Below are positions 18,291 to 27,706 of a DNA stretch of 42,551 nt, one piece after another (the first letter of the stretch is position 1; each line of letters starts with the position of its first letter). The stretch is taken from contig JAUMSA010000091.1 in assembly GCA_031293105.1 (NCBI GenBank), positions 1 through 42,551 on the forward strand, read 5' to 3'. The translations under genes were made by a program, and so were the position numbers. Under the pieces are notes generated by a model that was not told the origin of the DNA, made no database searches, and saw nothing but the letters and a program-made list of their open reading frames with translations. The stretch comes from Butyricicoccus sp. Its GTDB lineage: Bacteria; Bacillota; Clostridia; Oscillospirales; Butyricicoccaceae.

Positions 18291-20282
18291 TCACTTCTTC
18301 TGAAAACGATCCAACCAAGTTTTTTTGAACGGAATGCCAAAAAACGTTCGCGCTTCTTTCAAATTCATGACAACCCACTCTCTAGATCGATGCGCTTCCA
18401 GCGTTTCGGGAAGTTCTTTGAGAATATAACCGGCCTCATAAGTGGTACCGGCGTTATACCGGATCTCATTGTTTCGTTCCGAAATTTCGAAGGATGACCG
18501 GCTGGTGTTCCAGACATTCCGAATGGTTTTGATGGCGTAACTGCCGGTCACTTTTTCGCTGAAATAGTCCTCCAGCGTCAGCAGGCGTATGTATGCCGGA
18601 AGAGGTACATCTGAAAACGTCTGAAAAATTTCGGTCAGCACCTGCGAGGATACTGCCAGAATATCCGGCGCACTTTCGGATTCATCACTTTTCATTTCTT
18701 CCAACAAAGTAGGCACTCGTTCCATCATGCGCCGCAGATACTCCCGGTATAAAGCGGTTCCCACCTCGCGCTGCACCGTACGCACAACGCTGCTGCGCAT
18801 GACTTCCGTGTTGGTCAAACCGGCCTGCACCCGACAGATAACGGTACGGCGGATCACCTCCGGCGCAACCGCTTTTACATCCTCATTCGCGCTGATCACC
18901 ACTGCCGGATAGTGCACAAGGCCATCCGCCACCCCGAAGTCATCATTTTTAATCGTCTCAATCGCGTGTTGATTGAAACGGGTATTGGTCAGGTCATCCA
19001 CAATGATCGGCGCGCCTTTTACCGTGCGCTTGAGGCCTTCAATACTGGAACGCGTGAAATCAGGTGCTGCAATCTTGGTCTTTTGCCCGATCATCATCTT
19101 CAAAAGGGTTTCGAGGAAACTGGTTTTGCCTGCCTTACTCTGCCCATATACCAGACCAAATACCGGATACGGCAATAGGTTCTGATTATAATGCACCGCC
19201 ATGTCGCGCATACACGCCATAAACGGGGAACAAAAGAACCAGTTGGCAAATTCATAGTACCGCCGCTGCATCCCGGTTACATCGCCATGGAATTTCTCAT
19301 AGCCATCCATATATTTTAAAAACAAAGCAACGTCTTTCTCAATTTCTGCTTTCGGAGGATCTAAGTCCAAGTCGTTGCCATTGAGCCGCACCAGCATCTC
19401 ATCCGGAAAGATTTCAAGCTGCGGATATTCGCTTTGCAGTTCTTTCTCCTTGGTCTGCGTTGCCACTACCTGACGACGGATGGACTTGATCTTTTCCGGC
19501 GACAGCAGTAACTTCCCCTTTTTGTCCGGTTTGGGCACCGAGGGTGCAAATTTCCCGGCCAGATTCTTTACATCTAAAACAAACCGAACTTCCTCTTTTG
19601 CTCCTTCCGTTGGCTGCAAAACAAGTGCCTTTTTCACTTTGATGGTTCGCGCAATCGGCAATTCTTCCAGATGCTCCCCATCATCGGCGCAGATCAGCGT
19701 TTCCTTTGCGATTTGATCGGTACAGTCCTCCCGCAGCTGGCAGTAACACGCCCAATACCAGTCATAGGCGGCATCGCCGTCCACATAGCAGATATTCTCC
19801 CGCTGGTATCCACCAAAGGCAGCGCGGGACATATTGGCCGAACCCATCACGACCCGTTTGCGTCCGTCCCGATTCGACAAAAGATAAATCTTTTCGTGGG
19901 ATAACGCGCTGCGCGCCACATAAAAATGCAGGGTACCATTTTCGATGCGAGAAACCAAATCCAGTTTCCGCTTGCTGGCCGTATCGCGTAACCGCTCTAC
20001 CATCTTGCATTGATACGCCATGATCTCTTGCAAAGAGTAGGAGATGACCTCATCACAACCAAACAGGATTTCCGCCTGCTCAAAAAGGCCAATAAGTTGA
20101 TAAACGAAATCAATGCCGGACGAATATGTAATAGCATGCAACGTATCAAATCCAGAAAACAGTTCCTGCCAAGAAAGCGTTTCTGCGCCTGCGAACTCCA
20201 TTTTAACGACGTCCAGAGTTGCCGTAGGCTGCACAGGAATCTTCTCTTCTTCCGGAACATCAAAGAACGATAAGTTTTCCAC
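18291..20282 (-). CDS. PLD-family nuclease domain fused to a P-loop ATPase (NgoFVII-like restriction/defence candidate)
   Basis: HEKIYLL...GSANMS PLD motif; GQSKAGKT Walker A, IIVDD Walker B, VISAN sensor, RRT; GTG start. Confidence 0.8.
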   Translation of the reverse strand: MENLSFFDVPEEEKIPVQPTATLDVVKMEFAGAETLSWQELFSGFDTLHAITYSSGIDFVYQLIGLFEQAEILFGCDEVISYSLQEIMAYQCKMVERLRDTASKRKLDLVSRIENGTLHFYVARSALSHEKIYLLSNRDGRKRVVMGSANMSRAAFGGYQRENICYVDGDAAYDWYWACYCQLREDCTDQIAKETLICADDGEHLEELPIARTIKVKKALVLQPTEGAKEEVRFVLDVKNLAGKFAPSVPKPDKKGKLLLSPEKIKSIRRQVVATQTKEKELQSEYPQLEIFPDEMLVRLNGNDLDLDPPKAEIEKDVALFLKYMDGYEKFHGDVTGMQRRYYEFANWFFCSPFMACMRDMAVHYNQNLLPYPVFGLVYGQSKAGKTSFLETLLKMMIGQKTKIAAPDFTRSSIEGLKRTVKGAPIIVDDLTNTRFNQHAIETIKNDDFGVADGLVHYPAVVISANEDVKAVAPEVIRRTVICRVQAGLTNTEVMRSSVVRTVQREVGTALYREYLRRMMERVPTLLEEMKSDESESAPDILAVSSQVLTEIFQTFSDVPLPAYIRLLTLEDYFSEKVTGSYAIKTIRNVWNTSRSSFEISERNNEIRYNAGTTYEAGYILKELPETLEAHRSREWVVMNLKEARTFFGIPFKKTWLDRFQKK

Positions 20283-20428
20283 CTTTATCCCCCCCTAACG
20301 ATTCACCGATGAATTTCCTTTTTTTCTACTGCCTTAGCATCTCCGCATCCGCTTTATTCGTAGATATCTACCATATTTAGTATAACTGGAATTCCATAAT
20401 CCGACAAGGACTGATTGGTAAATATCAA

Positions 20429-20460
20429 CAAAGCGGTACGGAGTGTTCCGTACCGCTTTG
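20429..20460 (-). terminator. Terminator hairpin downstream of the HTH gene
   Basis: CAAAGCGGTACGGA...TCCGTACCGCTTTG. Confidence 0.7.
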
Positions 20461-20470
20461 CCATATCTAT

Positions 20471-20680
20471 TTATTTTTGCTTGGGGGTGCGTCCAAGCAG
20501 ATAATCAACGCTCACATCGTAGAAATCTGCCAAAGCGCATAAAACATGTGGTGGTATCATACGCTGTCCGCTTTCGTAATACGCATACGTCCGTTGTGGC
20601 ACACCAATTGCTTCTCCTACCTGCGCTTGTGTAAGATCGTGGTCTTCCCGCAAATCCCGGATTCGCTGATATCGCTCCAT
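20471..20680 (-). CDS. XRE-family HTH transcriptional regulator (69 aa)
   Basis: RIRDLREDHDLTQAQVG...YAYYESG...LADFYDVSVDYLLG; GGTGA RBS 5 nt before ATG 20680. Confidence 0.9.
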   Translation of the reverse strand: MERYQRIRDLREDHDLTQAQVGEAIGVPQRTYAYYESGQRMIPPHVLCALADFYDVSVDYLLGRTPKQK

Positions 20681-20706
20681 TTTCATCACCAATTGCAGTA
20701 TAGGTC

Positions 20707-20751
20707 AGAACAATTTGTTCTATTGACTTTTTGAACAAATTGTTCTAACCT
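20707..20751 (+). promoter_or_regulatory. Sigma70-type promoter overlapped by two palindromic operators
   Basis: TTGACT (20723) +17 bp TAACCT (20746); operators AGAACAATTTGTTCT (20707-20721) and GAACAAATTGTTCT (20733-20746). Confidence 0.7.
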
Positions 20752-20769
20752 AAACAAAGAGGTGATTTT

Positions 20770-20937
20770 ATGCCGGATTACAAAAAGATGTACCTGACTC
20801 TGTTCCGCGCGACCGAGCAGGCGATCAACACCCTGATCGAAGCGCAGCGCGCCTGTGAGGAATTGTATGTCAGCGAGCCGGAGACCGAGCTGCGAGTTGT
20901 TCCGCTGCCCGGTCGCACAAAGGAGGAAAACGAGTAA
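20770..20937 (+). CDS. 55-aa hypothetical protein (below ORF-track cut-off)
   Basis: MPDYKKMYLTLFRATEQAINTLIEAQRACEELYVSEPETELRVVPLPGRTKEENE; AGAGGTGA RBS and promoter directly upstream. Confidence 0.7.
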   Translation: MPDYKKMYLTLFRATEQAINTLIEAQRACEELYVSEPETELRVVPLPGRTKEENE

Positions 20938-20989
20938 ACAACTTGCTGAAAGTCTCCGGGGCGCTTCTGTTCGGTTTGCAGAGAGCACA

Positions 20990-21066
20990 CAAGGCCCGGC
21001 GCAGAATCGATCATTCCTGCGCCGGGCCTTGAACCATCTCGGTGCATAAAGCAAAGTCGATCGTCT
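20990..21066. repeat. Hairpin repeat family B, copy 1
   Basis: 15-bp stem CAAGGCCCGGCGCAG/CTGCGCCGGGCCTTG, 12-nt loop, tail ending AAGCAAAGTCGATCGTCT; second copy at 36785-36861. Confidence 0.9.
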
Positions 21067-21097
21067 GGTGCATTTTCAGAAAAATACCGAAGAGTGC

Positions 21098-21158
21098 TTG
21101 ACTCTCTTTTTCTACTATTGTAGAATATAAGCATCCAAAGAATTTTACATTTGTAGAA
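21098..21158 (+). promoter_or_regulatory. Promoter with two BlaI/MecI-type operators
   Basis: TTGACT (21098) +17 bp TAGAAT (21121); dyads TTCTACTATTGTAGAA (21110-21125) and TTTTACATTTGTAGAA (21143-21158) with TAC.../TGTA cores. Confidence 0.8.
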
Positions 21159-21171
21159 TAGGAGGGATGGC

Positions 21172-21549
21172 ATGGAAAAGAACAAACGGCTGCCCGATGC
21201 CGAACTGGAGGTCATGCAGGCGGTTTGGTCGCTGACGCCGCCGGTCACCGCCGCAGAAGTGCAGCAAAAGGTGCCGAGCGACTGGAAGGCCACCAGCGTG
21301 CTGACCTTTTTGTCCCGGCTGTGCGACAAGGGTTTTTTATCGTGCGAAAAGCAGGGGCGACAGAACCAATACACGCCGCGCGTGACACGCGAAGCCTATT
21401 TGCAGCGCGAGAGCCGCAGCTTTGTCGAGCGTCTGTGCGGCGGGTCGGTCAAGAATTTCGTGGCCAGCCTGTCGGACGCAGGGGCGCTGACCGAGGACGA
21501 TCTCAAGGACTTGCGCGCCTTTCTGGATGCGCAAGGACGGGAAAAGTAG
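21172..21549 (+). CDS. BlaI/MecI/CopY-family repressor
   Basis: LPDAELEVMQAVW, W...SV.TFLSRL..KGFL, FVERLCGGSVKNFVASL. Confidence 0.93.
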   Translation: MEKNKRLPDAELEVMQAVWSLTPPVTAAEVQQKVPSDWKATSVLTFLSRLCDKGFLSCEKQGRQNQYTPRVTREAYLQRESRSFVERLCGGSVKNFVASLSDAGALTEDDLKDLRAFLDAQGREK

Positions 21550-24501
21550 GTGAGAACCATGTTGCATTTTGACAATCTGCCCAGCAATCTGGTACAGATC
21601 GGGCTGACCGTGTCGGCGGTGGCGGTTTTGCTGTTTTTGATGCGCAAGACGCTGAAAAAACGCTATTCAGCGCGGATGATGTGTCTTGTGTGGGCAATAT
21701 TGGCGCTCCGGCTGCTCATTCCCGTGCAGCTGACGCTGCCCGACCCGCCGGTACAGGTCGCGCCGCACACGACCTACCTGACGCAGACCGACTTTACCCC
21801 TGCCCAGCTCGAACAGGCCGGGCTGCCTGCTCTGGATGTGGACGGCGGGACCGTGGCAAACCGCTGGGTGACGCAGGAACAGGCTCAGGCGCTGACTCCG
21901 CTTGATATGCCATCGCTTATTTCGTTCAATTTAGGCTATATGCTGTCCGTCGTGTGGGGCGTGGGCGTGCTGCTCGTTACGGTTTGGCAGTTATATCGAT
22001 ATCTGGCATTCTACTATGTGCTGGAACAGAGCAGCCACCCTGCCGCACGAAACACACTGCTGGCGGCATTCGAGGAACAAAAACGGTCGCTTGGCATTTC
22101 CCGGAATATCCCGTTGCGCGTCACGCGCGCGGCCGACTGCCCGATGCTGGCGGGATTTCTCTGTCCCGCGCTCTATCTGCCCGACGAAGACCTGTCTGCC
22201 GAGGACGCGGCCTTCATCTTTCGCCATGAACTGACCCATTACAAGCGGCGCGACCTGTGGCTCAAGCTGCTGCTGGTCGCCGCGCGGGCGGTCCACTGGT
22301 TCAATCCACTCGTGCACCACATGGCGCGGCTGGCACAGGAAGATATTGAAATGGCCTGCGATGAAGCGGTGGTGCGGGGCATGGACCTTTCCGCGCGCCG
22401 CGCCTACGGGCAGACCATTTTGCGTTCGGTGGAAAAACAAGTCAAAAAGCGCGCGCTGGTGTCGTGCTTTACCGGAGATAAGGAGGGGCTTATGCGACGC
22501 TTGGAAGGATTATTCGAGAAACGCATCAAAAAATGTGGCATCGTGCTGGTGCTTGCGGCGGCATTGGCGGTCGGCGCCTTGGGCTGCGCGTTTTCGGTGG
22601 GCGAAAATCAGGCGAATCTCACCGACGCCGAGTGCGTGGCCCTGGCCGAGCAGTGGATGAGCGGCCAGTACCGCGATGCCGAGCCGTGGTATGAGTTGCT
22701 GCAAGACGATCTGGCCCAAAAACTGTATGAGCAGCAAACCGCGCTGGGTGCGCAAACCGGTCAGACCGACGGCGAACCTCTGTGGGAGATCGGCACATCC
22801 AGCCCGTCGGTCAGCCGCTTTACGGTCCTGCCGGATGTGAAAAACCAGCAGGCGGTCATTGTGACCGAATGGACGGCATCGGCGAGCATGCCGATCCGGC
22901 AGGCCGAGCGCATCCACTTTAAAAAAGTAGACGGGGAATGGAAGGTCAGCCAGGTCGAAGGCAATCCGTATATCAATGACCAGCCGTTTGTGGACACGGC
23001 GGACAGTTTGGAGCATTTCCGACTCCTGTATGAAAACGACCTCGGTTTACCGGACCCGCTGCTCGCAAGCGAGGAGGGCGAATCGCTGGAAGAAACGGTG
23101 GTGGCGTCGCTTCAGCTGACCGGTGGCCAGCTGGAAACCGTACGCAGTTGGGACGAGACGGGCGATGGCAACGATGATTTGACGCTGATGCGGTACACCT
23201 TTGCGGACGGGGAGCCGCTGGACCTGACGGTTACGGGCGGCGGTGTACAGGATTACACCTATGACGGCGGCAAAAATAGCCGCACCGCCGCCGATCTCGC
23301 GCAGCAATATGCGCGCGCGGTGGCACATAAATCGGTATGGCCGGCCTATCCCGTACTGTCGCAGGAAGAACAGCGTTCGCTGGCCGATAGCCAGCGTGCG
23401 TTGGCGGACAGTGATGGGGTTTGGTACACCAAGTACGGCGGCTCGTCGCCGACCGTGGCCGACTATGTGCTGACCCCCGGCAAAGACCCGGATACCTATG
23501 TGGCCGTGTTCCAGCTGTATGGCGGCGGCATGACCGATTATCGCTCGGCAATCACCATCACGGCGGGCGAGGAACAGGGCCGCAAGGTCATCCGCGAAAT
23601 GGAGCGGTGTGACGACCATCTGGCCTTTATCCAGGAAAATCTATCCGGAACCGATGCCGGTTACACCATGCGCGAGAAATTTGACCTGTATTACGAATCC
23701 GGCTTGCCGTGGCCGACCCTTCCAGAGGGTGCAATGGACTTTAACGGCGCTTCGCTGAGCACGTTGACCCAGGTGCGTGCCGCCGCCGAGACCGTGTTTA
23801 GCTACGTCGGCGAGGAAGTCACCCACACCGAGGGCGATCAGACTCTGATGACCCTCGAAAGCTGGTTTACCAGCGAGGTCGTTTCGGAAGATGGCACCGA
23901 AGCGGTCGTGCGGCTGCATTTTCAGGACAACAGCCCGTCTGTGGATGTGCAGATGCGCAAAACCAGCGGGTATTGGCTGCCGGTTGGTGTGGTGGGTGAA
24001 AATCAGGGAAATCTCACCGAAACCGATTCGGTATACAACCGGGTGATCTCCGAACCCATCGGTGCCGACGCCCCGCAGGTGCCTTTCTTTAACCGGGATG
24101 TCATCTGCGTGCTCAACTACAATGGCCTGCTGCTGTTTGATACCCAGACCGGCGCCCTGCGGGCGGGCATCGATGTGCAGAAGATGGGGCTTGGCGATAC
24201 CCAGGGCGATTCTGCCATGATCGTGCGCGGCAACGATATGTGCATCACGATCACCACCATGGATGGCGGGCCGGGATATATCTATTCTCTGGAGACGTCC
24301 GCGCTTTCCGAACTGTCTGAACCGGAAGAAATCGAATACACCGAAATGCAGATCCCAGATGCCAAAACTTTGGCCAGACTGGACCTGTCCGGCTTTGCTG
24401 ATGCATCCCAGGTGGAGGCGCTGCAATCTAAGGATGGCATCCTGGCGTATGCACTGCCGCAGGATGACTTATCCAAGATGCAGTTTCAGTGGTATCCATA
24501 A
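21550..24501 (+). CDS. M56 (BlaR1-type) metallopeptidase signal transducer with a large extracellular C-terminal region
   Basis: LRLLIP, HELTHYKRRD, HWFNP, EMACDE; TM segments then about 630 aa of soluble tail; start may be ATG 21559. Confidence 0.92.
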   Translation: MRTMLHFDNLPSNLVQIGLTVSAVAVLLFLMRKTLKKRYSARMMCLVWAILALRLLIPVQLTLPDPPVQVAPHTTYLTQTDFTPAQLEQAGLPALDVDGGTVANRWVTQEQAQALTPLDMPSLISFNLGYMLSVVWGVGVLLVTVWQLYRYLAFYYVLEQSSHPAARNTLLAAFEEQKRSLGISRNIPLRVTRAADCPMLAGFLCPALYLPDEDLSAEDAAFIFRHELTHYKRRDLWLKLLLVAARAVHWFNPLVHHMARLAQEDIEMACDEAVVRGMDLSARRAYGQTILRSVEKQVKKRALVSCFTGDKEGLMRRLEGLFEKRIKKCGIVLVLAAALAVGALGCAFSVGENQANLTDAECVALAEQWMSGQYRDAEPWYELLQDDLAQKLYEQQTALGAQTGQTDGEPLWEIGTSSPSVSRFTVLPDVKNQQAVIVTEWTASASMPIRQAERIHFKKVDGEWKVSQVEGNPYINDQPFVDTADSLEHFRLLYENDLGLPDPLLASEEGESLEETVVASLQLTGGQLETVRSWDETGDGNDDLTLMRYTFADGEPLDLTVTGGGVQDYTYDGGKNSRTAADLAQQYARAVAHKSVWPAYPVLSQEEQRSLADSQRALADSDGVWYTKYGGSSPTVADYVLTPGKDPDTYVAVFQLYGGGMTDYRSAITITAGEEQGRKVIREMERCDDHLAFIQENLSGTDAGYTMREKFDLYYESGLPWPTLPEGAMDFNGASLSTLTQVRAAAETVFSYVGEEVTHTEGDQTLMTLESWFTSEVVSEDGTEAVVRLHFQDNSPSVDVQMRKTSGYWLPVGVVGENQGNLTETDSVYNRVISEPIGADAPQVPFFNRDVICVLNYNGLLLFDTQTGALRAGIDVQKMGLGDTQGDSAMIVRGNDMCITITTMDGGPGYIYSLETSALSELSEPEEIEYTEMQIPDAKTLARLDLSGFADASQVEALQSKDGILAYALPQDDLSKMQFQWYP

Positions 24502-24533
24502 GATTTTCGGCAAAAGAAAGCAGAGGAATAAAA

Positions 24534-25286
24534 TTGGAATACTCGAAAATCTGTGCCTGGTGGAAACAGCAGCAAAGATGCCATACAAAGGAATGGACGG
24601 CCCGATTGTGTTCATACGGTATCCATTTTGCCTATCACTCGGGAAAAATCGAAAACAATCGCATCACCTACCGCGATACGCAAGCGGTCTTTCAAGACGA
24701 TCGGGAAGCGGATTTTGTAGGCGATTCGCGCACGATAACCGAAATCCGCAATGCTAAAGAGGCGTTTGAAACCATTTTAACGGCTTTCGATCAAAGAATA
24801 CCGCTGACCGAAGATTTTGTCAAGCAGATACAAAAGCGACTCACCCAAAACACCTATGATACCCGAAGATATCAGCTTGGGGAGCGTCCGGGAGAATATA
24901 AACACAGAGACTATGTAACCGGCCGGGAAGAAACCGGCGCCCCGGCTTCTGATGTGGCTGAAGAAATGGAGGAGCTGCTGGAGGAATTGCAGGACGTAGA
25001 CCATCAAAACGCCCTGCTTGCCGCCGCCTATTTCCATGCAAAGTTTGAAAACATTCATCCATTTGCCGATGGCAATGGACGCACCGGCCGCCTGCTGATG
25101 AATTACTTTTTACTCCTGCATGAGCACCCGCCCCTCATCGTGCATGAGCAAGACCGAAAAGCCTATTACGCAGCCCTGGAAGCCTTTGACCGGGAACAGG
25201 AAATAGAGCCTTTGGTTTCTTATCTCAAGCAGCAGCTGGAAAAAACGTGGACACCGGATTTACTCCATTCGGCGACCGGACTCTGA
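24534..25286 (+). CDS. Fic-family protein
   Basis: HPFADGNGRTGR Fic motif; SGKIEN autoinhibitory-type motif; probable TTG start after AGAGGA. Confidence 0.9.
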   Translation: MEYSKICAWWKQQQRCHTKEWTARLCSYGIHFAYHSGKIENNRITYRDTQAVFQDDREADFVGDSRTITEIRNAKEAFETILTAFDQRIPLTEDFVKQIQKRLTQNTYDTRRYQLGERPGEYKHRDYVTGREETGAPASDVAEEMEELLEELQDVDHQNALLAAAYFHAKFENIHPFADGNGRTGRLLMNYFLLLHEHPPLIVHEQDRKAYYAALEAFDREQEIEPLVSYLKQQLEKTWTPDLLHSATGL

Positions 25287-25464
25287 TTGTTTATCCACCG
25301 CAAACGCTTAGCCAGCAAAAAAATCAACGGACGAATCCGATCTCGTTTCCTAGAAACGCAGCCGATTCTTCGCTTCCTTCTATCACTCCAACACTTGCAA
25401 CAGCCGCTGATCCATGCTATTCTATCGGTAGGCAAAGATAGGATGTATCCCACTGGATACAGCG

Positions 25465-25498
25465 AAGCGCCCCGGAGGTTCCAGCTCCGGGGCGTTTT
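25465..25498. repeat. REP-like hairpin / terminator (family A, copy 2)
   Basis: AAGCGCCCCGGAG-gttccag-CTCCGGGGCGTTT between convergent fic genes. Confidence 0.75.
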
Positions 25499-25517
25499 TT
25501 TGTTCTATTTGAGGGGC

Positions 25518-26525
25518 TTAGGCCCAAGGTTCGCTATACTCTGTCGACAAAGTGAACGAATTCCTTCTTCCGTGTAGGTATAGTACCCTGCATATTTCCT
25601 TAAATTCTTGCCACCATGGTTTATATTTCCAATGCCCATGAAGATAGTGTTTTGACAGTTTCTTACTGGATACGAACTTAGCTAAGATCCGATTCGCCGT
25701 CGCGGCCGATACCCCACACAGCTCCCGTACATCCGCGTTCATGATATAGTCGTGAGTTTCAAGGTACCCCCGAATCTTGTTCCAACGAAGGGTTGCCTTG
25801 TCCAGCTTTCCATCGCTCATTACATCGCTCGTTTTAATTGCTTCTATGAGCGATGCCTTGATGGCGGAGAACATGAACGCAATAAATACAGTAGGCTTCC
25901 CAGCGTCGTTGGAGGCGTTGATCGCTGCATAGTATTCTTTCTGGCGGTCATGGATAATGGACTCTACTGGGAGCCTGGAAAAGGCTGGATTCCACTTAGA
26001 CAGCAGCAGCGTATGCCACAGGCGGCCCACACGCCCATTACCATCGGCAAAGGGGTGGATCAGTTCCAGTTCATAGTGGAACACACAGCTGCGGATGAGC
26101 ATGTGTACCTCACTGGTCTTTGCCCAGTTCAGCAACTTCATAACCAGATCTGGGACATACTGCGGCAACGTACCAAAATGTAGGACACGCCCCTCACTGT
26201 CCACTACGCCAACAGATCCTGTGCGGAACATGCCGGATTCCTCCACCAAACCTCGTGTCATAATGCCGTGAGCCATCAGCAGATCATCGACGGAATACGG
26301 ATCAAGTTCATCCAGCCGCTCATAAATCTCATAGGCGTTTTTGACCTCGGCAATATCCTTGGGCGGAGCCAGAACATGCTTCCCGTTCAGCACAGCAGTC
26401 ACCTGCTCCAAAGAAAGCGTGTTTTGCTCAATGGCAAGAGAACCATGGATGGTTCTGATTCGATTCTTGCGGCGCAGCGTTGGATTGGTGGAAAGCGCAG
26501 TCGTTGCAGATAGTTTGCCGACCAA
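25518..26525 (-). pseudogene. Fic-family protein with C-terminal HTH, probably 5'-truncated by IS insertion
   Basis: HPFADGNGRVGR; SLAIEQN; CGVSAATANRIL HTH; no RBS, in-frame stops immediately upstream of the TTG, abuts IS21-like sequence. Confidence 0.7.
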
Positions 26526-27120
26526 TCATCAATCAAAACCGGCTCTCATTTGAGTGATGCTTTCCTTGTAAAAAGAGATTCTCCGGCTTCACAGTTTGGG
26601 AATCAACAACACTTGCATAGCAGAAAGTTGTGGCTGTGCACGCAGTACAGTCACAGCAGAACGGAGGCGATCTGCCCTACAGATCCACCCAGATCAACAA
26701 ATATTACGCGGACTATGTGCACAGGACCAAGGCCACTATACCCCTGGATCATACGCCCGGCGAGACCATATAGCTGGACCGCCAGGAGGCTGAGCTGCTG
26801 TTCCGTCTGATCTCGGAACGGTATGAGCACGGCAGCATTATCTTGACCAGCAATCAGTATTTCAGTCATTGGGGGAATTGCTCAGCGCCAATATCCTGGC
26901 CACCGCTCGGCGGCCTCTCCTTTGAGTAGTTCAATTTCAGCAAGGAGGACGACTGGGATGACTGATTCGCTGTTTGAAGCCGTTGCCCTGTGCAGCCAGG
27001 AGCTGATGAAATACAGCCTCTCTGCGGAGGAGTTCGCTGTGCTGGCGCAGAAAAACGGTATGACCGACAGCGAGATTCTGGCTGTTTCCAAGATCTTTGA
27101 CAACTTTGATTTCAACCGCT
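26526..27120 (+). mobile_element. Degraded IS21-family remnants (istA and istB fragments)
   Basis: Fragments PYRSTQINKYYADYVH...HTPGET (IstA-like), ELLFRLISERYEHGSIILTSNQYFSHWG (IstB-like) and ...FDNFDFNR, broken by stops and deletions. Confidence 0.75.
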
Positions 27121-27414
27121 CTTGGATTGGCTGTTTTCGCCGGACCCGAACAATACTAATAAATTTACGAAAAACAACAAAATTGATGTCAGAAATCTAG
27201 AAATTTTGAAGGACAGGAATTGCGTATTTCATGATATTAGGAAACAAAAAATGGGTCTGAAATCTTACCACAATCTTTGCCCAAGGCAATATGACTTATA
27301 AAAAAAGTTGGTATTTTTTCATGTCTACCCGATGTGCTATGATGAAACCACACGAAAGGACAGCTACGGAGAGATAGCCTGTCGCTTGCAAGTCAGCAAC
27401 AAGGAGGATACCCT

Positions 27415-27675
27415 ATGGTCACAAAGAAAATTACGATACAGAACAAGACAGGGATTCACGCCAGACCGGCCAGTGATTTAGTGAATTTGTGTAAGAAATT
27501 TCCGTGCGATATAAAAATTATTGCAAATGGCAAAGATCATGATGCAAAAAAAATTATGAACCTTCTTTTAGCGGGTTTGGTAAAAGGCACGGAAATCACC
27601 GTGCAGACCAATGGAAAACAGGAAAGTGAGGCATTGGAGCAAGTAATCGACTTCATTGCCGGTTTGAAAGAATGA
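27415..27675 (+). CDS. HPr-family phosphocarrier
   Basis: GIHARPA with His15; 86 aa; AAGGAGG RBS. Confidence 0.92.
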   Translation: MVTKKITIQNKTGIHARPASDLVNLCKKFPCDIKIIANGKDHDAKKIMNLLLAGLVKGTEITVQTNGKQESEALEQVIDFIAGLKE

Positions 27676-27706
27676 TCCATCCAATCAGAAACAAGGAGGA
27701 TTGGGA

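Noticed and set aside
20707..20746. LexA/SOS (Cheo) boxes
   Set aside because: Spacer is 5 bp (GAAC-N5-GTTC) rather than the Firmicute GAAC-N4-GTTC; better explained as operators of the adjacent HTH
21172..24501. Beta-lactam resistance locus (blaI/blaR1/blaZ)
   Set aside because: No beta-lactamase or PBP gene and no recognisable penicillin-binding sensor domain
25287..25577. 96-aa ORF between the convergent fic genes
   Set aside because: No RBS, crosses the terminator hairpin, no recognisable features
26922..27200. 92-aa ORF as an intact gene
   Set aside because: Resembles an internally deleted IS21 helper-ATPase fragment; included in the IS remnant
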